A stretch of 63,650 nt of DNA, the filler included, from Octopus bimaculoides (taxonomy: Eukaryota): NCBI RefSeq assembly GCF_001194135.2. It is 4 parts of 4 records of this genome, joined end to end, with 100 filler letters (N's around TTAATTAATTAA, not from the genome) between each part and the next. Parts side by side here need not be neighbours in the genome. Positions count along the whole stretch, not along the records: positions 53,211 to 63,650 come from NC_069002.1; 3 more parts are not named here. One strand, written 5' to 3'. Below, piece by piece: positions 62,886-63,650 of this stretch. The stretch's first letter is position 1; the number at the start of each line of letters is the position of its first letter. The notes below the pieces were generated by a model. The model saw only the letters and a program-made list of their open reading frames with translations. It was not told the DNA's origin and searched no databases. A program made the translations under genes and the position numbers.

Positions 62886-63597
62886 TCTCTCCATCTCACT
62901 CCCTCTCTATCTCTCTCTCTCTCACTCACTCGCTCACTCACTCGCTCGATCTCCATTTTTTTTTCGGGATAAAACCTGTGATGCAGAGGTCCGATCTAGT
63001 CATAGCTTGACGCGTTAATCCAGATTAACTGCGATAAGAGTATATAACCAAAGTTAACTTCACGAACGGCTGTCCTTGTCATATTTGGTATCATTTGCCT
63101 TCTAGAATATGCAGGCATATGTATCAGTTGATTTGTCTGCTCAAAGATAATTTCGCTAGAAGGAAATCAATTGGTTGGACGAGGGTATTCTCATCGACGA
63201 CGCCGAAGGAAGATTTCGCCATTACATGAGCTCGCGTGGGTGAAAGAAACGTTGGAGATAAAGTAGCAGTTATTTCGTGAAAATATTCATCACAAGAAAT
63301 GTGGCGGTCATGCAACTACATATATAAATACACATAACAGTTATTTGGTTACTAGAGTGTTTATACGTTTCTTTTTTTTATTACTATAAACTGCTGCTAT
63401 GTTATATTTATTTGTTTTAGTTTATCAAGTAATTCAATATATTGTATTTTAGATGTTCGCTTCAAAGTAATTATTCAGTTTAATTATTGTTTTTCAGCCA
63501 TATGTTGTAAATCGATATATGCATATACGTCTGTTTGTATGAATGTATATATATTTATATATGTATACATATGCAAATGTATATATATCATATACAA

Positions 63598-63650
<53 letters not shown>

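Overview
Eukaryotic, AT-rich, microsatellite-dense draft assembly with many N gaps and three artificial 100-bp N-TTAATTAATTAA-N joins. The SINE families resemble those of octopus, so a coleoid cephalopod origin is inferred. There are no prokaryotic genes, rRNA, true tRNA genes or CRISPR arrays, and most listed ORFs are microsatellite or N-gap artefacts. The window is mainly a transposon graveyard: three tRNA-derived SINE families, three different mariner remnants, an IR-DR Tc1 element, RTE/CR1 and other LINE fragments, a Helentron-type (HINE) end, and two non-autonomous TIR families with GG termini and exact 8-bp TSDs (Merlin-like). Host-gene signal is limited to two phase-compatible minus-strand exon candidates (8460-8316 and 4922-4760) encoding a Cys/His-containing C-terminus I cannot name. 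They lie in a visibly CpG-depleted block (1 to about 26.1 kb) that switches to CpG-normal sequence at an assembly join. The best leads are the Merlin-like MITEs (one carries a telomeric-repeat hairpin/G4), a minimal hammerhead-like motif at 18.4 kb, a perfect 50-bp inverted pair 4.5 kb apart, and several long fold-back structures. I cannot demonstrate a new biological system from the sequence alone. Degenerate-repeat boundaries are approximate.
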